A stretch of DNA of 64,000 nt from an uncultured Bacteroidales bacterium (GCA_963783315.1 CAWAMZ010000018.1:160718-224717); one strand, 5' to 3'. Counted from the stretch's first letter, positions 18,363-29,977 are shown. Program-made: numbers and translations. The notes: generated by a model not told the origin, from the letters alone.

Positions 18363-18767
18363 TTAAGTCCTCTTTTTGGACAGAAAATCACCAAGTTGTT
18401 TATCCACTGTGGTAATATGGTTCACCAGCCAGTCTTTAAGAAAATTTACCAGTTCTATTGTAATTTTGGTATTTCCCTCTGCATACTGGTATTTAAAGTC
18501 ATCAATTTTTTCTACGAAATTATTATGCTCCTTTTTATGCTCACTGTAGCCAGGATACCCATGAACTATCATCTTTTTCTCCTCGGTATAAAAATGCTTA
18601 ACCGTATATTCGGATAGTTCATTGAGAATTTTATCAAGAATATCCCGTCCCTTTCCGACAGACATGGCATTGTATAATTCATTAAGAATTCTGACAAGCC
18701 TTTTATGCTGATTATCGATCTCCTCCACACCAACAGAATAAGTGTCTACCCATTTGATTATTTCCAT
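18363..18767 (-). CDS. Bacteriohemerythrin (hemerythrin-like metal-binding protein)
   Basis: 134 aa. MEIIKWVDTYSVGVEEIDNQHKRLV...H(F)..EE..M....Y......H...H..F, with WLVNHI..VD. This is the canonical His/Glu/Asp diiron ligand pattern. Confidence 0.9.
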   Translation of the reverse strand: MEIIKWVDTYSVGVEEIDNQHKRLVRILNELYNAMSVGKGRDILDKILNELSEYTVKHFYTEEKKMIVHGYPGYSEHKKEHNNFVEKIDDFKYQYAEGNTKITIELVNFLKDWLVNHITTVDKQLGDFLSKKRT

Positions 18768-18914
18768 CGCGTATTTTTTTGGGTTTAAATTTAAATAATT
18801 AATTTTTTATTGAGCACAGGAGACATTTTTAATATCAATAAAACTTAAATTTTATAGTACTTCGCATTAACAATTGACTTTCAGCATTTTGATTGTTCAG
18901 GACTAAATCCAATC

Positions 18915-18947
18915 AAAAAAGCGTTTCTGGTTTAAAACCGGAAACGC
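18915..18947 (-). terminator. Rho-independent terminator of tkt
   Basis: GCGTTTCTGGTT pairs with AACCGGAAACGC (18921-18947, one G-U pair); the A-run at 18915-18920 gives the U-tract on the minus strand. Confidence 0.8.
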
Positions 18948-19005
18948 TTTTCATATTTGTAATTTGTCTATTCGACAGGAAAGCATCTGAAAAATATTCC
19001 CATTA

Positions 19006-21045
19006 TTATCTGGCAAGCAATTTTAGTGCCTGTTCATACACGTTTTTGCCGGTATAGCCAAGTTTTTCATCTAGCACCTGGTATGGTGCGGAAAATCCAA
19101 ATGACTCCATTCCAATAGCTTTACCCCAGGGGCCAACAAGCCCCTGCAGGGTAACAGGTAATCCGGCAGTAAGGCCTAATACAGGTACATTATCCGGAAT
19201 AACAGAAAGTTGATAATCAGATGATTGCTGACGGAAGCGGCCTTCAGAAATTGCAGATACAATCCTGACCTTAAGTCCCTTTTCCCTGCGTAGCATTTCA
19301 GCACCTTCTACCAAAGTAGCAACTTCAGAGCCATTAGCAACAAGGATAATATCCAGTGATGCCCCGTCATCCTGTACGATATAAGCACCCATTTCAGCCT
19401 TTTGTGCATCCGTATACCTGGTTGAACCTTCTTTAACCGGGAGATCTTTAATTCCCTGCCTTGAGAGAATAAGTGCTGATGGTGTTTTGGCATTATCCAT
19501 CGCCATCTTCCACGCAACACTGGTTTCCACTGCATCTGCCGGTCTGAGTACCAGCATACTCATGTGTCCGTTATGATTCTTTAGTTTTTCAAGTAACCTG
19601 ATCTGAGCTTCCTGCTCCACAGGCTGATGTGTTGGGCCATCTTCTCCAACTCTGAATGCATCATGGGTCCATACAAATTTAACCGGAAGCTCCATAAGTG
19701 CTGAGAGGCGAACAGCAGGTTTCATATAATCTGAAAACACGAAAAACGTTGCGCAAACAGGAATCACACCACCATGCAGAGCCATACCATTTGCAATGCC
19801 TGCCATAGTTAATTCACTTACACCTACCTGCAGGAAAGAACCTGAAAAATCATTGCGTTTAAACTGATGGGTATTTTTCAAGAAAGAATCCGTCTTGTCG
19901 CTGTTTGAAAGATCAGCTGACATGACAATCATATTCTCAACCTCCCTGGCGAAATGATCCAGTACTGCTCCCGAAGCAGCGCGTGTTGCAACTCCCGGTT
20001 TCTGAACTATTTTCCCATAATTAATATCAGGTGCCTTGCCGGAGAGAAACTGATGTAACTTTGAAGCCAACTCTGGATTCTTTTTTTCCCATTCAGCCTG
20101 AAGCCTTTTCTTCTCTTTTGCAGCTTCAATCTTTTTTTCCCTTATTTCAGCATAATACTCTTTCACGTCCTCAAAAATACTGAATGGATTCTCAGGATCA
20201 CCACCAAGATTTTCGACAGTTTTGGCAAATGAAGCACCAGCCTCACCCAGAGGCATCCCATGCGTAGACGTCTTACGTTCAAAATTCTCACCAGTCTCTG
20301 TAAGAGCTCCCTTTCCCATTATTGTTTTTCCGATAATCAAAGTTGGCTGATTTTTTTCCTTCAGTGCTGAAGACAATGCCCCCCTGATAGCATCAATATT
20401 ATTTCCTTCAATAGTAATTACATTCCAGCCCCAGGATTCATATTTTTTTGCAGTATCTTCATTTGTAACCTTATCTGTTTCAGTAGAAAGCTGGATTTCA
20501 TTTGAATCATAAAACATGATCAGATTGCTAAGTCCAAGGTATCCGGCCAACCTGCCTGCACCCTGGGAAATTTCTTCCTGAATGCCACCATCTGAAATAA
20601 ATGTAAAAGTTTTGTGAGACATCCACTCTCCAAATCTTGCACACAAGAATCGCTCAGTAATAGCGGCACCAACCGCCATGGTGTGCCCCTGGCCCAGTGG
20701 ACCACTGGTATTTTCAACACCTTTTGAAGGCATTAATTCAGGATGTCCGGGAGTTATACTGTCCCACTGACGAAAATTCTTCAAATCCTCCATTGTGTAA
20801 TTTCCGGTAAGAGCCAGAATAGAATACAACATGGGTGACATATGCCCCGGATCCAGAAAAAATCTGTCTCTGAATGGCCATTCCATGTCGGTTGGATCAT
20901 AATTCAGGAATTCGCTGTAAAGTACATTTACAAAATCGGCACCTCCCATGGCTCCGCCCGGATGGCCGGATTTTGCTTTTTCTACCATTGCCGCAGACAA
21001 AATTCTTATGTTGTCTGCTGCACGTAACACTGCATTTTTATCCAT
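19006..21045 (-). CDS. tkt: Transketolase
   Basis: 679 aa. SGHPGGAMGGAD, the ThDP-binding GDG(G)..EG motif (ISDGGIQEEISQGA) and GEDGPTHQP. Confidence 0.95.
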   Translation of the reverse strand: MDKNAVLRAADNIRILSAAMVEKAKSGHPGGAMGGADFVNVLYSEFLNYDPTDMEWPFRDRFFLDPGHMSPMLYSILALTGNYTMEDLKNFRQWDSITPGHPELMPSKGVENTSGPLGQGHTMAVGAAITERFLCARFGEWMSHKTFTFISDGGIQEEISQGAGRLAGYLGLSNLIMFYDSNEIQLSTETDKVTNEDTAKKYESWGWNVITIEGNNIDAIRGALSSALKEKNQPTLIIGKTIMGKGALTETGENFERKTSTHGMPLGEAGASFAKTVENLGGDPENPFSIFEDVKEYYAEIREKKIEAAKEKKRLQAEWEKKNPELASKLHQFLSGKAPDINYGKIVQKPGVATRAASGAVLDHFAREVENMIVMSADLSNSDKTDSFLKNTHQFKRNDFSGSFLQVGVSELTMAGIANGMALHGGVIPVCATFFVFSDYMKPAVRLSALMELPVKFVWTHDAFRVGEDGPTHQPVEQEAQIRLLEKLKNHNGHMSMLVLRPADAVETSVAWKMAMDNAKTPSALILSRQGIKDLPVKEGSTRYTDAQKAEMGAYIVQDDGASLDIILVANGSEVATLVEGAEMLRREKGLKVRIVSAISEGRFRQQSSDYQLSVIPDNVPVLGLTAGLPVTLQGLVGPWGKAIGMESFGFSAPYQVLDEKLGYTGKNVYEQALKLLAR

Positions 21046-21135
21046 ATTTTATATTTAATTAAAATTTCCAGGGGTTATCAATATCCCAAAAAGGTCAGGA
21101 TGAAATAAAAAAATCCTGTCCAATATATGAGCCAA

Positions 21136-21143
21136 CAAAAATA
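21136..21143 (-). promoter_or_regulatory. Candidate TAnnTTTG -7 element for tkt
   Basis: The minus strand reads TATTTTTG about 91 nt upstream of the tkt ATG. Confidence 0.35.
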
Positions 21144-21208
21144 TAAAAAATACCTGATTTTCGAAATTTACACATATATAAATGTAGATATTACACTTAT
21201 ATGAATGT

Positions 21209-24200
21209 CTAATGGAAGTTTGGTTTAATTCCAATCACCAGAATATCATCTACCTGATCAAGGGAATTTTTCCAGTTTTCATAGGAAGCATCCAGTATTT
21301 CAAGCTGTTCCTTCATTGCATATTCATGAATAGTCAACAGAAGATGTCGGAAACGGCGGTATTTGAATTTTTTACCTTCAGGACCGCCAAACTGATCTGC
21401 GTAGCCATCTGTAAAAATGTAAACAATATCTTCTGGTTGCAGCTTAAAAGTATGTGTGGTGAATTGCTGATTAGGTTCCTCCGCATTGTCCAGCCCGACT
21501 GAAAAACGATCACCCTTAACTTCAATAATTTTATTCTCTCTTATAATATACAATGGATTAAAAGCTCCTGCAAATTCGAGTGTATTTTTTTGAGTATCAA
21601 AAACACAAAAGGCAATGTCCATTCCGTCCCTCAATGTAATATCTTCATCTTTAAATATCTCACCAAAATCTTCATTGAGAGCCTGCAATATTGCCCCGGG
21701 ATCTTCAATACCCTCATTGTAAGTGATTTTCCGGAACAACTCAAAACCGATGATTGACATAAAAGCGCCTGGAACACCATGTCCGGTACAATCGACAGCA
21801 GCAACAAAAATTTTACCCTGATTATTTTCGTTAATCCAGTAAAAATCACCGCTGACAATGTCTTTGGGTTTATGGAGTATAAAAGACTGAGGCAAAAGTT
21901 TAGCAAAAAGTTTTTTGGAAGGCATCATTGCCTCCTGGATACGGCGCGCATAGTTTATGCTGTCAGTAATATTTTTATTTTTTATTGCCAGTAATTCTTT
22001 CTGTCTGGCAACTTCCAGTGAAACCATTTCTTTTTCCCGGAGAATTTTGTTTGACAATCTCAAACTGCGTGTACGGTATTGATAAAAAAGAAATAAAAAT
22101 ATCAGTATAATTAAAGCATAAAAGAAATAGGCCTTTTTAGTCCTCCAGAAAGGAGCTTCAATAATAATTGTCAAACTGGTTCCGGTATTATTCCAGACAT
22201 TATCGTTATTTGATCCTTTCACCTTAAAAAGATATTCGCCCGGAGGCAAATTCGAAAATGATGCATAATGGCGATTATTCAATTCAACCCAACCTGATTG
22301 AAGATCCTTGCTGCTCAACATATAAGCATATTTATTTTTCTCCGGGTAGGTGAAATCAAGAGCAGCAAAATCAATAGTCAGTAACTTTGTTGTATAAGGC
22401 AATACGATCTTCTTAAGATTAGTGCCATTTAATTCCTTCTCTCCCTTTTCATCGGTAATCAGCAACTTGGTAATGACTACAGGAGGCACAAAGATATTCT
22501 TACTCAGTGAATCAGGATAAAATGAATTAAACCCGTCAATACCACCAAAAAACATTTCTCCAGACTGGCTTTGAAAGCCAGCCCCAAGATTATACTCATA
22601 ACTTTGTAATCCATCTTCGAGATCATAATTTGTAAATTTTTCACTTTCTGGATCGAACCTGGAAATCCCTCTGTTGGTGCTCATCCATAGTTTCCCTGTA
22701 TGATCTTCAAAAATATTATATATCAAATTATTAGGCAATCCATCACTTTCAGTATACACTCTAAATACCCCGTTATCATTCAGCATCTCATTCAATCCGG
22801 CATCAGTGCCAGCCCATATACGCTTTTTATGGTCCTGGAAAAGATAATAAACACTATTGGAACTTAAACCATTCGCATCAAATCGCTGAGATTTTTTAAA
22901 AACCTTAAAAGAACCAGTTTGGGGGTTAAATTTAATAATCCCCTGATTAGTTCCGAGCCACAGAAAACCATCAACCCCTTCCATAACAGCATATACAACT
23001 TCAAGAGGCTGGGAAGAATTATTAAAGCCCAACTGATAATAACTAATCAGGTCATGCTGTTTTCGTCTAAACAGATGTAAACCATGACTGGAACCGAACC
23101 ATATATTTTTGGCAGTATCCTCAGTTATTGAAAATACTCTGTTATCCCTGAATATTCCGCAGGAAATGGCAGGGTATAAATCACAAAGGAGTGAAAACTT
23201 TCCGTTTTTCCTGTCATATACATTAACACCGCTATTGGTCCCTACCCATATCACATCCTGACTATCCCGGAATATGACGTGAATAGTATTAGCACTTAGC
23301 CTACTGCCCGGATTACTGCTTTCAGTGTTGTAATGTTGAACCCGGCCAGTTTTCCTGTCGTAAATATCCAGACCACTCCCCCATGTACCAATCCAAATAT
23401 TTTCTCCGTTTTCGGTGTAAAGAGCTCCAATAATATTACTTGAAAAATCGGGTTTACCCCAACTATCCCGGCGATAAAGCCGGAATTTTTTTCCTTTCAG
23501 ATCAATTTTTATAAGACCTTGCAGGCATCCGACCCAGAAAATGTCGGAACGATCATGTATTATAGAAGAAACAAAGGTCAGTGACAACAAACCGTTCCTA
23601 AAGGGGAGTGCTGTATATTTGTCAAATGACAGATTGGTTTTACTAAATTCATAAAAACCTTCGTTTGTACCAATCCACAAAAATCCGTTTTTATCCTGGG
23701 TAATAACATTAATGGCATCGTTCAATTGCCCATCCCGGCTATTTACATAAAAGCTGGTAAAACTTTCCGTAGAACGGTTAAAACGATTCAGACCATCATC
23801 AGTTCCAACCCATATTATCCCGTTATTGTCCTGAAAAATAGATTTTATTTTATCATTACTAAGACTTATCTTATTACCCTCCTCATGGGCATACCGCTTA
23901 AAAGTTTCTGTAACCGGATTAAACCGGTTCAATCCATCTTTTGTACCTACCCAGATAAATCCCTGATTGTCCTCCAGTATGGAAAAATAACTACTTCCAG
24001 AAACAAAATTTAAGGTGTCACTAAAATGTTTGAAATGAGTGAATTTTCTGGTGTCAGGATCAAATCTCTCAAGTGTTTCCAGCGTTTTCACCCAGATATA
24101 ACCCTTGCTGTCAGCATAAACGTAAAAAACCTGATTATTGGAAATTGAAGCCGGATCAATTTTATTATTAAAATATCGTATGAAACAATCATTTGATGGG

Positions 24201-24547
24201 TCATAACAATTGAGACCATTATTGGTCGCCACCCAGATATTCCCCTTACTATCCTGTGTGAGGGAATTGATATAATTATTGGAAATAGATGTAGAATCCA
24301 GAGGCTGGTGTCTGAATACTTTAAAGCTGTATCCATCATATCGGTTCAGTCCATCCTGAGTACCTATCCAAAGAAACCCACTTGAGTCAAGGAGCAGTGC
24401 ATTTACACGTGTCTGAGATAATCCGTTGTTGATTGTAAACAGTTCAACATTTAATTTGTCTTTGGCTGAAACAGCAAGAACCTTGTTCCCTTCTGAAAAC
24501 AGGGAAAGTATTAATAAAAGACATAGTATATTGAATAATCTGTTCAT
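21209..24547 (-). CDS. Sensor protein: periplasmic two-component-regulator beta-propeller repeats + Y_Y_Y-like domain + TM + cytoplasmic PP2C/SpoIIE phosphatase
   Basis: About 1110 aa. Many repeats of the G(F/I)(L/I)W(I/V)GT..GL..(Y/F) propeller type. One TM segment (AYFFYALIILIFLFLFY) and a coiled linker, then SpoIIE motifs ARRIQEAMMP...SGDFYW...AAVDCTGHGVPGA...TDGYADQ. ATG at 24547 is preferred over GTG at 24550. Confidence 0.85.
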   Translation of the reverse strand: MNRLFNILCLLLILSLFSEGNKVLAVSAKDKLNVELFTINNGLSQTRVNALLLDSSGFLWIGTQDGLNRYDGYSFKVFRHQPLDSTSISNNYINSLTQDSKGNIWVATNNGLNCYDPSNDCFIRYFNNKIDPASISNNQVFYVYADSKGYIWVKTLETLERFDPDTRKFTHFKHFSDTLNFVSGSSYFSILEDNQGFIWVGTKDGLNRFNPVTETFKRYAHEEGNKISLSNDKIKSIFQDNNGIIWVGTDDGLNRFNRSTESFTSFYVNSRDGQLNDAINVITQDKNGFLWIGTNEGFYEFSKTNLSFDKYTALPFRNGLLSLTFVSSIIHDRSDIFWVGCLQGLIKIDLKGKKFRLYRRDSWGKPDFSSNIIGALYTENGENIWIGTWGSGLDIYDRKTGRVQHYNTESSNPGSRLSANTIHVIFRDSQDVIWVGTNSGVNVYDRKNGKFSLLCDLYPAISCGIFRDNRVFSITEDTAKNIWFGSSHGLHLFRRKQHDLISYYQLGFNNSSQPLEVVYAVMEGVDGFLWLGTNQGIIKFNPQTGSFKVFKKSQRFDANGLSSNSVYYLFQDHKKRIWAGTDAGLNEMLNDNGVFRVYTESDGLPNNLIYNIFEDHTGKLWMSTNRGISRFDPESEKFTNYDLEDGLQSYEYNLGAGFQSQSGEMFFGGIDGFNSFYPDSLSKNIFVPPVVITKLLITDEKGEKELNGTNLKKIVLPYTTKLLTIDFAALDFTYPEKNKYAYMLSSKDLQSGWVELNNRHYASFSNLPPGEYLFKVKGSNNDNVWNNTGTSLTIIIEAPFWRTKKAYFFYALIILIFLFLFYQYRTRSLRLSNKILREKEMVSLEVARQKELLAIKNKNITDSINYARRIQEAMMPSKKLFAKLLPQSFILHKPKDIVSGDFYWINENNQGKIFVAAVDCTGHGVPGAFMSIIGFELFRKITYNEGIEDPGAILQALNEDFGEIFKDEDITLRDGMDIAFCVFDTQKNTLEFAGAFNPLYIIRENKIIEVKGDRFSVGLDNAEEPNQQFTTHTFKLQPEDIVYIFTDGYADQFGGPEGKKFKYRRFRHLLLTIHEYAMKEQLEILDASYENWKNSLDQVDDILVIGIKPNFH

Positions 24548-24742
24548 CACCAGGATGCTAAATTAGCATTTATTAAGCACACAACAAATGCAAAATCATC
24601 CATCTGTCAATTAGTTTAGAAGAAAATCAGTATCATCTTACATGAGAGATAATGCCTGAGAAGGTAAAATCCCGTATTTTAAAACGATTGAAAACAACAG
24701 GAATTAAAGAATTTTCAGAAATTGAAATAAATAAGTATATTA

Positions 24743-24771
24743 TAAAAAAAAGACATTGAAAAACAATGTCC
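24743..24771 (-). terminator. Probable terminator of gltA
   Basis: 7-bp stem GACATTG/CAATGTC (24752-24770) with a 5-nt loop; the A-run at 24743-24750 gives a minus-strand U-tract. Confidence 0.55.
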
Positions 24772-24797
24772 TTTTTCATTTTCAAATTATTTAACCT

Positions 24798-26111
24798 CTA
24801 TTTCTTTTTACTTTCCATCGCTATCTTTTCAAGCATCTCGGTTGTAAGTGATTTAGGCCTTTCGAGCGAATAACCCAATGCTCTGTCCCATATAAGGTTC
24901 GCGCAAATACCAATTGCACGTCCTATGCCAAAAAGAACTGTATAGAAGTCATACTCCCTCACTCCATAATGCCATTGAATTACACCTGATTGCGCATCAA
25001 CATTTGGCCAGGGATTCTTGGCTTTACCTTGTTCTTTCAGGATTGGCGGTACAACTTTATATAAAAGATTTACATATTGGAATATTTCATCATCAGGCAA
25101 GTGTTTAAGACTAAATTCCCGTTGAATGGTATATCTTGGGTCGGTTTTACGCAAAACGGCATGTCCGAAGCCAGGAATTACCTGACCGGAATTCAGCGTA
25201 TCCCAGACAAATTGTTTCATTTCATCTTCATTTGGGATTTTGCCCCCCATTTTGGCATGCAGGTCCTGTAACCATCTCAGCACTTCCTGATTAGCCAGGC
25301 CATGCAGCGGGCCGGCCAAACCATTAATCATTGCTGATATCGAAAGATATACATCAGATAGTGAACTTGCCACCAGATGGCCTGTATGCGCACTGACGTT
25401 GCCACTTTCATGATCTGCATGCAGTATAAAATGCAGACGGGATACATCGTCATAAGGCTTATCGATACCCATCATGTGGGCAAAATTGCCTCCTGTATCA
25501 AGGTTAGGATTGGACTGTATGCGTTTACCGCCACGATACAACTTAGCATAAATATAAGTAGCAATTTCCGGTAGTTTTGCAAGCAAATTCAGGGAATCCT
25601 CATACATGGTTTCCCAATAATCATTTTTATTGATGCCGGCATGGTATTTCTTCGTGAAAAATGATTCACGATGCATAGTCAGAATTGCACTGCTAAACAT
25701 AGCCATTGGATGGCTTACTGTTGGAAATGCATCAATCACCTCATATACATAGCGGGGGAGAATCCTTCTTTTTGAGAATTCATCAATTACTTCTGCCGCT
25801 TCACTTTCTGTAGGAATATCACCGGTTAGCAATAAGTAAAACAACCCTTCAACATAAGGCATTTCGGCACCTTTTGGTTTTGGTAGCTTTTCAAAAACTT
25901 CAGGCAATGTATATCCTCTGTATCTGATCCCTTCCTGCGGATCCAGGTATGAGATATCAGTTACCAGACTTTTTAGTCCGCGCATTCCGCCCAGAATTTT
26001 CCCGATGGTGACCTGGTCAACCACAACATCGGAATATTCATCCATCAACTTCATGGTTCTGGGCCGCCAATCTTCAATTTTTTCGTGTAACTTTTCCTTA
26101 AGGCTTGCCAT
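24798..26111 (-). CDS. gltA: Citrate synthase (eukaryote-like type I form)
   Basis: 437 aa. GGMRG, catalytic-His contexts HADHE.GNVSAH and GFGHAVLR, and a C-terminal ...DRALGYSLERPKS. Confidence 0.95.
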   Translation of the reverse strand: MASLKEKLHEKIEDWRPRTMKLMDEYSDVVVDQVTIGKILGGMRGLKSLVTDISYLDPQEGIRYRGYTLPEVFEKLPKPKGAEMPYVEGLFYLLLTGDIPTESEAAEVIDEFSKRRILPRYVYEVIDAFPTVSHPMAMFSSAILTMHRESFFTKKYHAGINKNDYWETMYEDSLNLLAKLPEIATYIYAKLYRGGKRIQSNPNLDTGGNFAHMMGIDKPYDDVSRLHFILHADHESGNVSAHTGHLVASSLSDVYLSISAMINGLAGPLHGLANQEVLRWLQDLHAKMGGKIPNEDEMKQFVWDTLNSGQVIPGFGHAVLRKTDPRYTIQREFSLKHLPDDEIFQYVNLLYKVVPPILKEQGKAKNPWPNVDAQSGVIQWHYGVREYDFYTVLFGIGRAIGICANLIWDRALGYSLERPKSLTTEMLEKIAMESKKK

Positions 26112-26206
26112 TTGATTAGAATTTAATTGTTAATTTAACTTTGACTACCAAACAATGCTTATTTACTCCGGGTTCACTAATATAACAATAATTTGGAATT
26201 ATACGA

Positions 26207-26240
26207 AAAAAAAGGTGACAACTGTTGGTTGTCACCTTTT
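26207..26240 (-). terminator. Rho-independent terminator of eno
   Basis: GGTGACAAC (26214-26222) pairs with GTTGTCACC (26228-26236), flanked by A- and T-runs. Confidence 0.75.
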
Positions 26241-26259
26241 TCAATATTCTAATAGCCAA

Positions 26260-27582
<1,323 letters not shown>

Positions 27583-27597
27583 TTAGGTTGGTGAATC

Positions 27598-27636
27598 CGA
27601 AAAAAAAGGGATAAAGCAATTTAATACTTATCCCTT
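27598..27636 (-). terminator. Terminator closing the ribosomal superoperon, after rplQ
   Basis: AAGGGATAA (27606-27614) pairs with TTATCCCTT (27628-27636); the A-run at 27598-27607 gives the minus-strand U-tract. Confidence 0.7.
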
Positions 27637-27697
27637 TATGAGGCGTTACAAATATCTTAAAAAATTACTTTCTTGTCAGGAAACTTTAGATCTGTTT

Positions 27698-28348
27698 TTA
27701 TTTATTTTCCTTATCCTCTTCTTCATTTTTCTGATCTTCACCACCTTCTTCAGGATTTTCTGAAGTTTCATTCTTTACATTGCTGGTTTCTTCCTGTTCT
27801 TCAGAAGTAATAGTTTGCTGTGTGATCTCTTCTACTGATCCTTCTTCTTCTTTTTCAGGAGCCACCGGCTCATTTTTTACATCAGCTTTTTTTGCCTGAG
27901 GTGCCTCAGATGAATCTTTTTTCTTTGATCCGCCACGTCTTCTTCTGCTTCTTCCTGATTTTGTTTCTCCTGCACCAGCCAGCATGTTTTCATTATAATC
28001 CACCAGTTCGATAATACACATATCAGCTGCATCACCAAGACGATTACCGGTTTTCAGAATCCGTGTATATCCACCGGGACGGTTTACAATTTTAGGAGCA
28101 ACATCTCTGAATAACTCTGACACAGCATCTTTATCCTGGAGATGACTGAATACGATTCTGCGGGAGTGTGTAGTATCTTCTTTTGAGCGTGTAATCAAAG
28201 GCTCAACATACATTCTAAGCGCTTTGGCTTTTGCAGTTGTTGTGCTTATACGCTTATGAATAATCAGGGAGTTTGCCATATTGGCAAGCATTGCTTTTCT
28301 GTGAGCGGTTTTTCTGCTGAGATGATTAAAATTTTTCCTATGTCTCAT
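27698..28348 (-). CDS. rplQ: 50S ribosomal protein L17 with a long low-complexity C-terminal extension
   Basis: [24 protein letters not shown]... is the L17 core (~120 aa), followed by a ~95-aa K/E/S-rich tail. It is the last gene after rpoA. Confidence 0.9.
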   Translation of the reverse strand: MRHRKNFNHLSRKTAHRKAMLANMANSLIIHKRISTTTAKAKALRMYVEPLITRSKEDTTHSRRIVFSHLQDKDAVSELFRDVAPKIVNRPGGYTRILKTGNRLGDAADMCIIELVDYNENMLAGAGETKSGRSRRRRGGSKKKDSSEAPQAKKADVKNEPVAPEKEEEGSVEEITQQTITSEEQEETSNVKNETSENPEEGGEDQKNEEEDKENK

Positions 28349-28353
28349 TTCTC

Positions 28354-29346
28354 TTATTCCTTGTCTAATTTATACTTGCTAATATCCATTCCAAAGTTGA
28401 GGTTCATGCTGTCAAGCAATTCATCAAGTTCAGTGAGCGATTTTTTACCAAAGTTTCTGAACTTTAGCAGATCATTTTTATTGAATTTGACCAAATCACC
28501 CAATGTTTCGACCTCAGCAGCTTTAAGACAATTAAGAGCTCTGACGGAAAGATCCATATCCACCAGTTTAGTTTTGAGTAACTGGCGCATGTGCAGTACT
28601 TCCTCATCAAATTCTTCGTTAGAGAATTTTTCATCAGAATCAAGTGTGATCTTTTCATCAGAAAACAGCATAAAATGATAAATCAGAATTTTAGCTGCTT
28701 CTTTTAAAGCTTCCTTGGGATGAATTGAACCATCTGTTGTTATATCGATGAGTAATTTCTCATAGTCAGTCTTCTGCTCAACCCGGAAATTCTCAACAGA
28801 ATATTTCACGTTTTTAATAGGTGTAAAAACCGAATCAACAGCGATCAAACCAAACTCAGCGTCAAGAGGTTTATTTTCCTCTGCAGGAACATATCCGCGA
28901 CCTTTATTGATACTGAATTCGATCTGTAATTTCACATCCTTTTCCATGTGGCAGATAACCAGCTCCGGATTAAGTACTTTAAATCCACTGAGGAATTTAT
29001 TCAGATCTCCGGCTTTAAAAGTGTCCTGTCCGGTGATGGTCACCATTATTTTTTCGTCATCAACATCTTCGATCAGTTTTTTAAATCTGATCTGTTTCAG
29101 ATTCAGAATAAACGTAGTAACATCTTCGATGACACCGGTAATAGTGGAAAATTCATGCTCAACACCTTCGATCTTAACAGTAGTGATTGCATATCCCTCT
29201 AAAGACGATAACAGTATACGACGAAGTGCATTACCCACGGTGATGCCATAACCTGGTTCAAGGGGCCTGAATTCAAACTTTCCGTAGGTTTCATCCGCCT
29301 CTAACATTATGACCTTATCGGGTTTTTGAAATGCTAGTATTGCCAT
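28354..29346 (-). CDS. rpoA: DNA-directed RNA polymerase subunit alpha
   Basis: 330 aa. [14 protein letters not shown]; [24 protein letters not shown]. Lies between rpsD and rplQ. Confidence 0.97.
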   Translation of the reverse strand: MAILAFQKPDKVIMLEADETYGKFEFRPLEPGYGITVGNALRRILLSSLEGYAITTVKIEGVEHEFSTITGVIEDVTTFILNLKQIRFKKLIEDVDDEKIMVTITGQDTFKAGDLNKFLSGFKVLNPELVICHMEKDVKLQIEFSINKGRGYVPAEENKPLDAEFGLIAVDSVFTPIKNVKYSVENFRVEQKTDYEKLLIDITTDGSIHPKEALKEAAKILIYHFMLFSDEKITLDSDEKFSNEEFDEEVLHMRQLLKTKLVDMDLSVRALNCLKAAEVETLGDLVKFNKNDLLKFRNFGKKSLTELDELLDSMNLNFGMDISKYKLDKE

Positions 29347-29368
29347 AAATCTATAAGGTTATTATATA

Positions 29369-29977
29369 TTATTTAGAATATAATTCAACAATAAGTTGTT
29401 CCTTGATATTTTCAGGAATTTCTTCCCTTTGAGGTGTATTCAGGAATTTTCCGGTCAGCAGATCCTGGTCCCATTCGAGCCATGGATAATTAGAATGTCT
29501 CTGAGATGTGAGTGCATCAGAAATCACAGGTAAAGATTTTGATTTTTCACGGATACCAATCACTTCACCACCTTTAAGATGAAATGAAGGAATATTCACA
29601 ATCTGCTGATCAACGGTAATATGTCTGTGAGAAACCAGCTGTCGGGCAGCGGCCCTGCTGGGAGCAATTCCCATGCGATATACGACATTGTCCAGACGAC
29701 TTTCAAGCAACTGAAGTAATACTTCACCGGTTACACCTTTCATCCGGGAAGCTTTTTTAAATAAATTAGAGAACTGGCGTTCAAGTATCCCATAGGTATA
29801 TTTGGCCTTTTGCTTTTCTTTAAGCTGAATACCGTACTCTGATAATTTCTTGCGTTTTTTATTAACCCCATGCTGACCCGGGGGGTAATTTTTTTTCTCA
29901 AAAGACCGGTCAGGTCCATAAATCGGGTCGCCAAACTTACGGGCTATTTTTGTTCTTGGTCCTGTATACTTAGCCAT
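29369..29977 (-). CDS. rpsD: 30S ribosomal protein S4
   Basis: [16 protein letters not shown]...; S4 domain ...[21 protein letters not shown]. Confidence 0.95.
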   Translation of the reverse strand: MAKYTGPRTKIARKFGDPIYGPDRSFEKKNYPPGQHGVNKKRKKLSEYGIQLKEKQKAKYTYGILERQFSNLFKKASRMKGVTGEVLLQLLESRLDNVVYRMGIAPSRAAARQLVSHRHITVDQQIVNIPSFHLKGGEVIGIREKSKSLPVISDALTSQRHSNYPWLEWDQDLLTGKFLNTPQREEIPENIKEQLIVELYSK

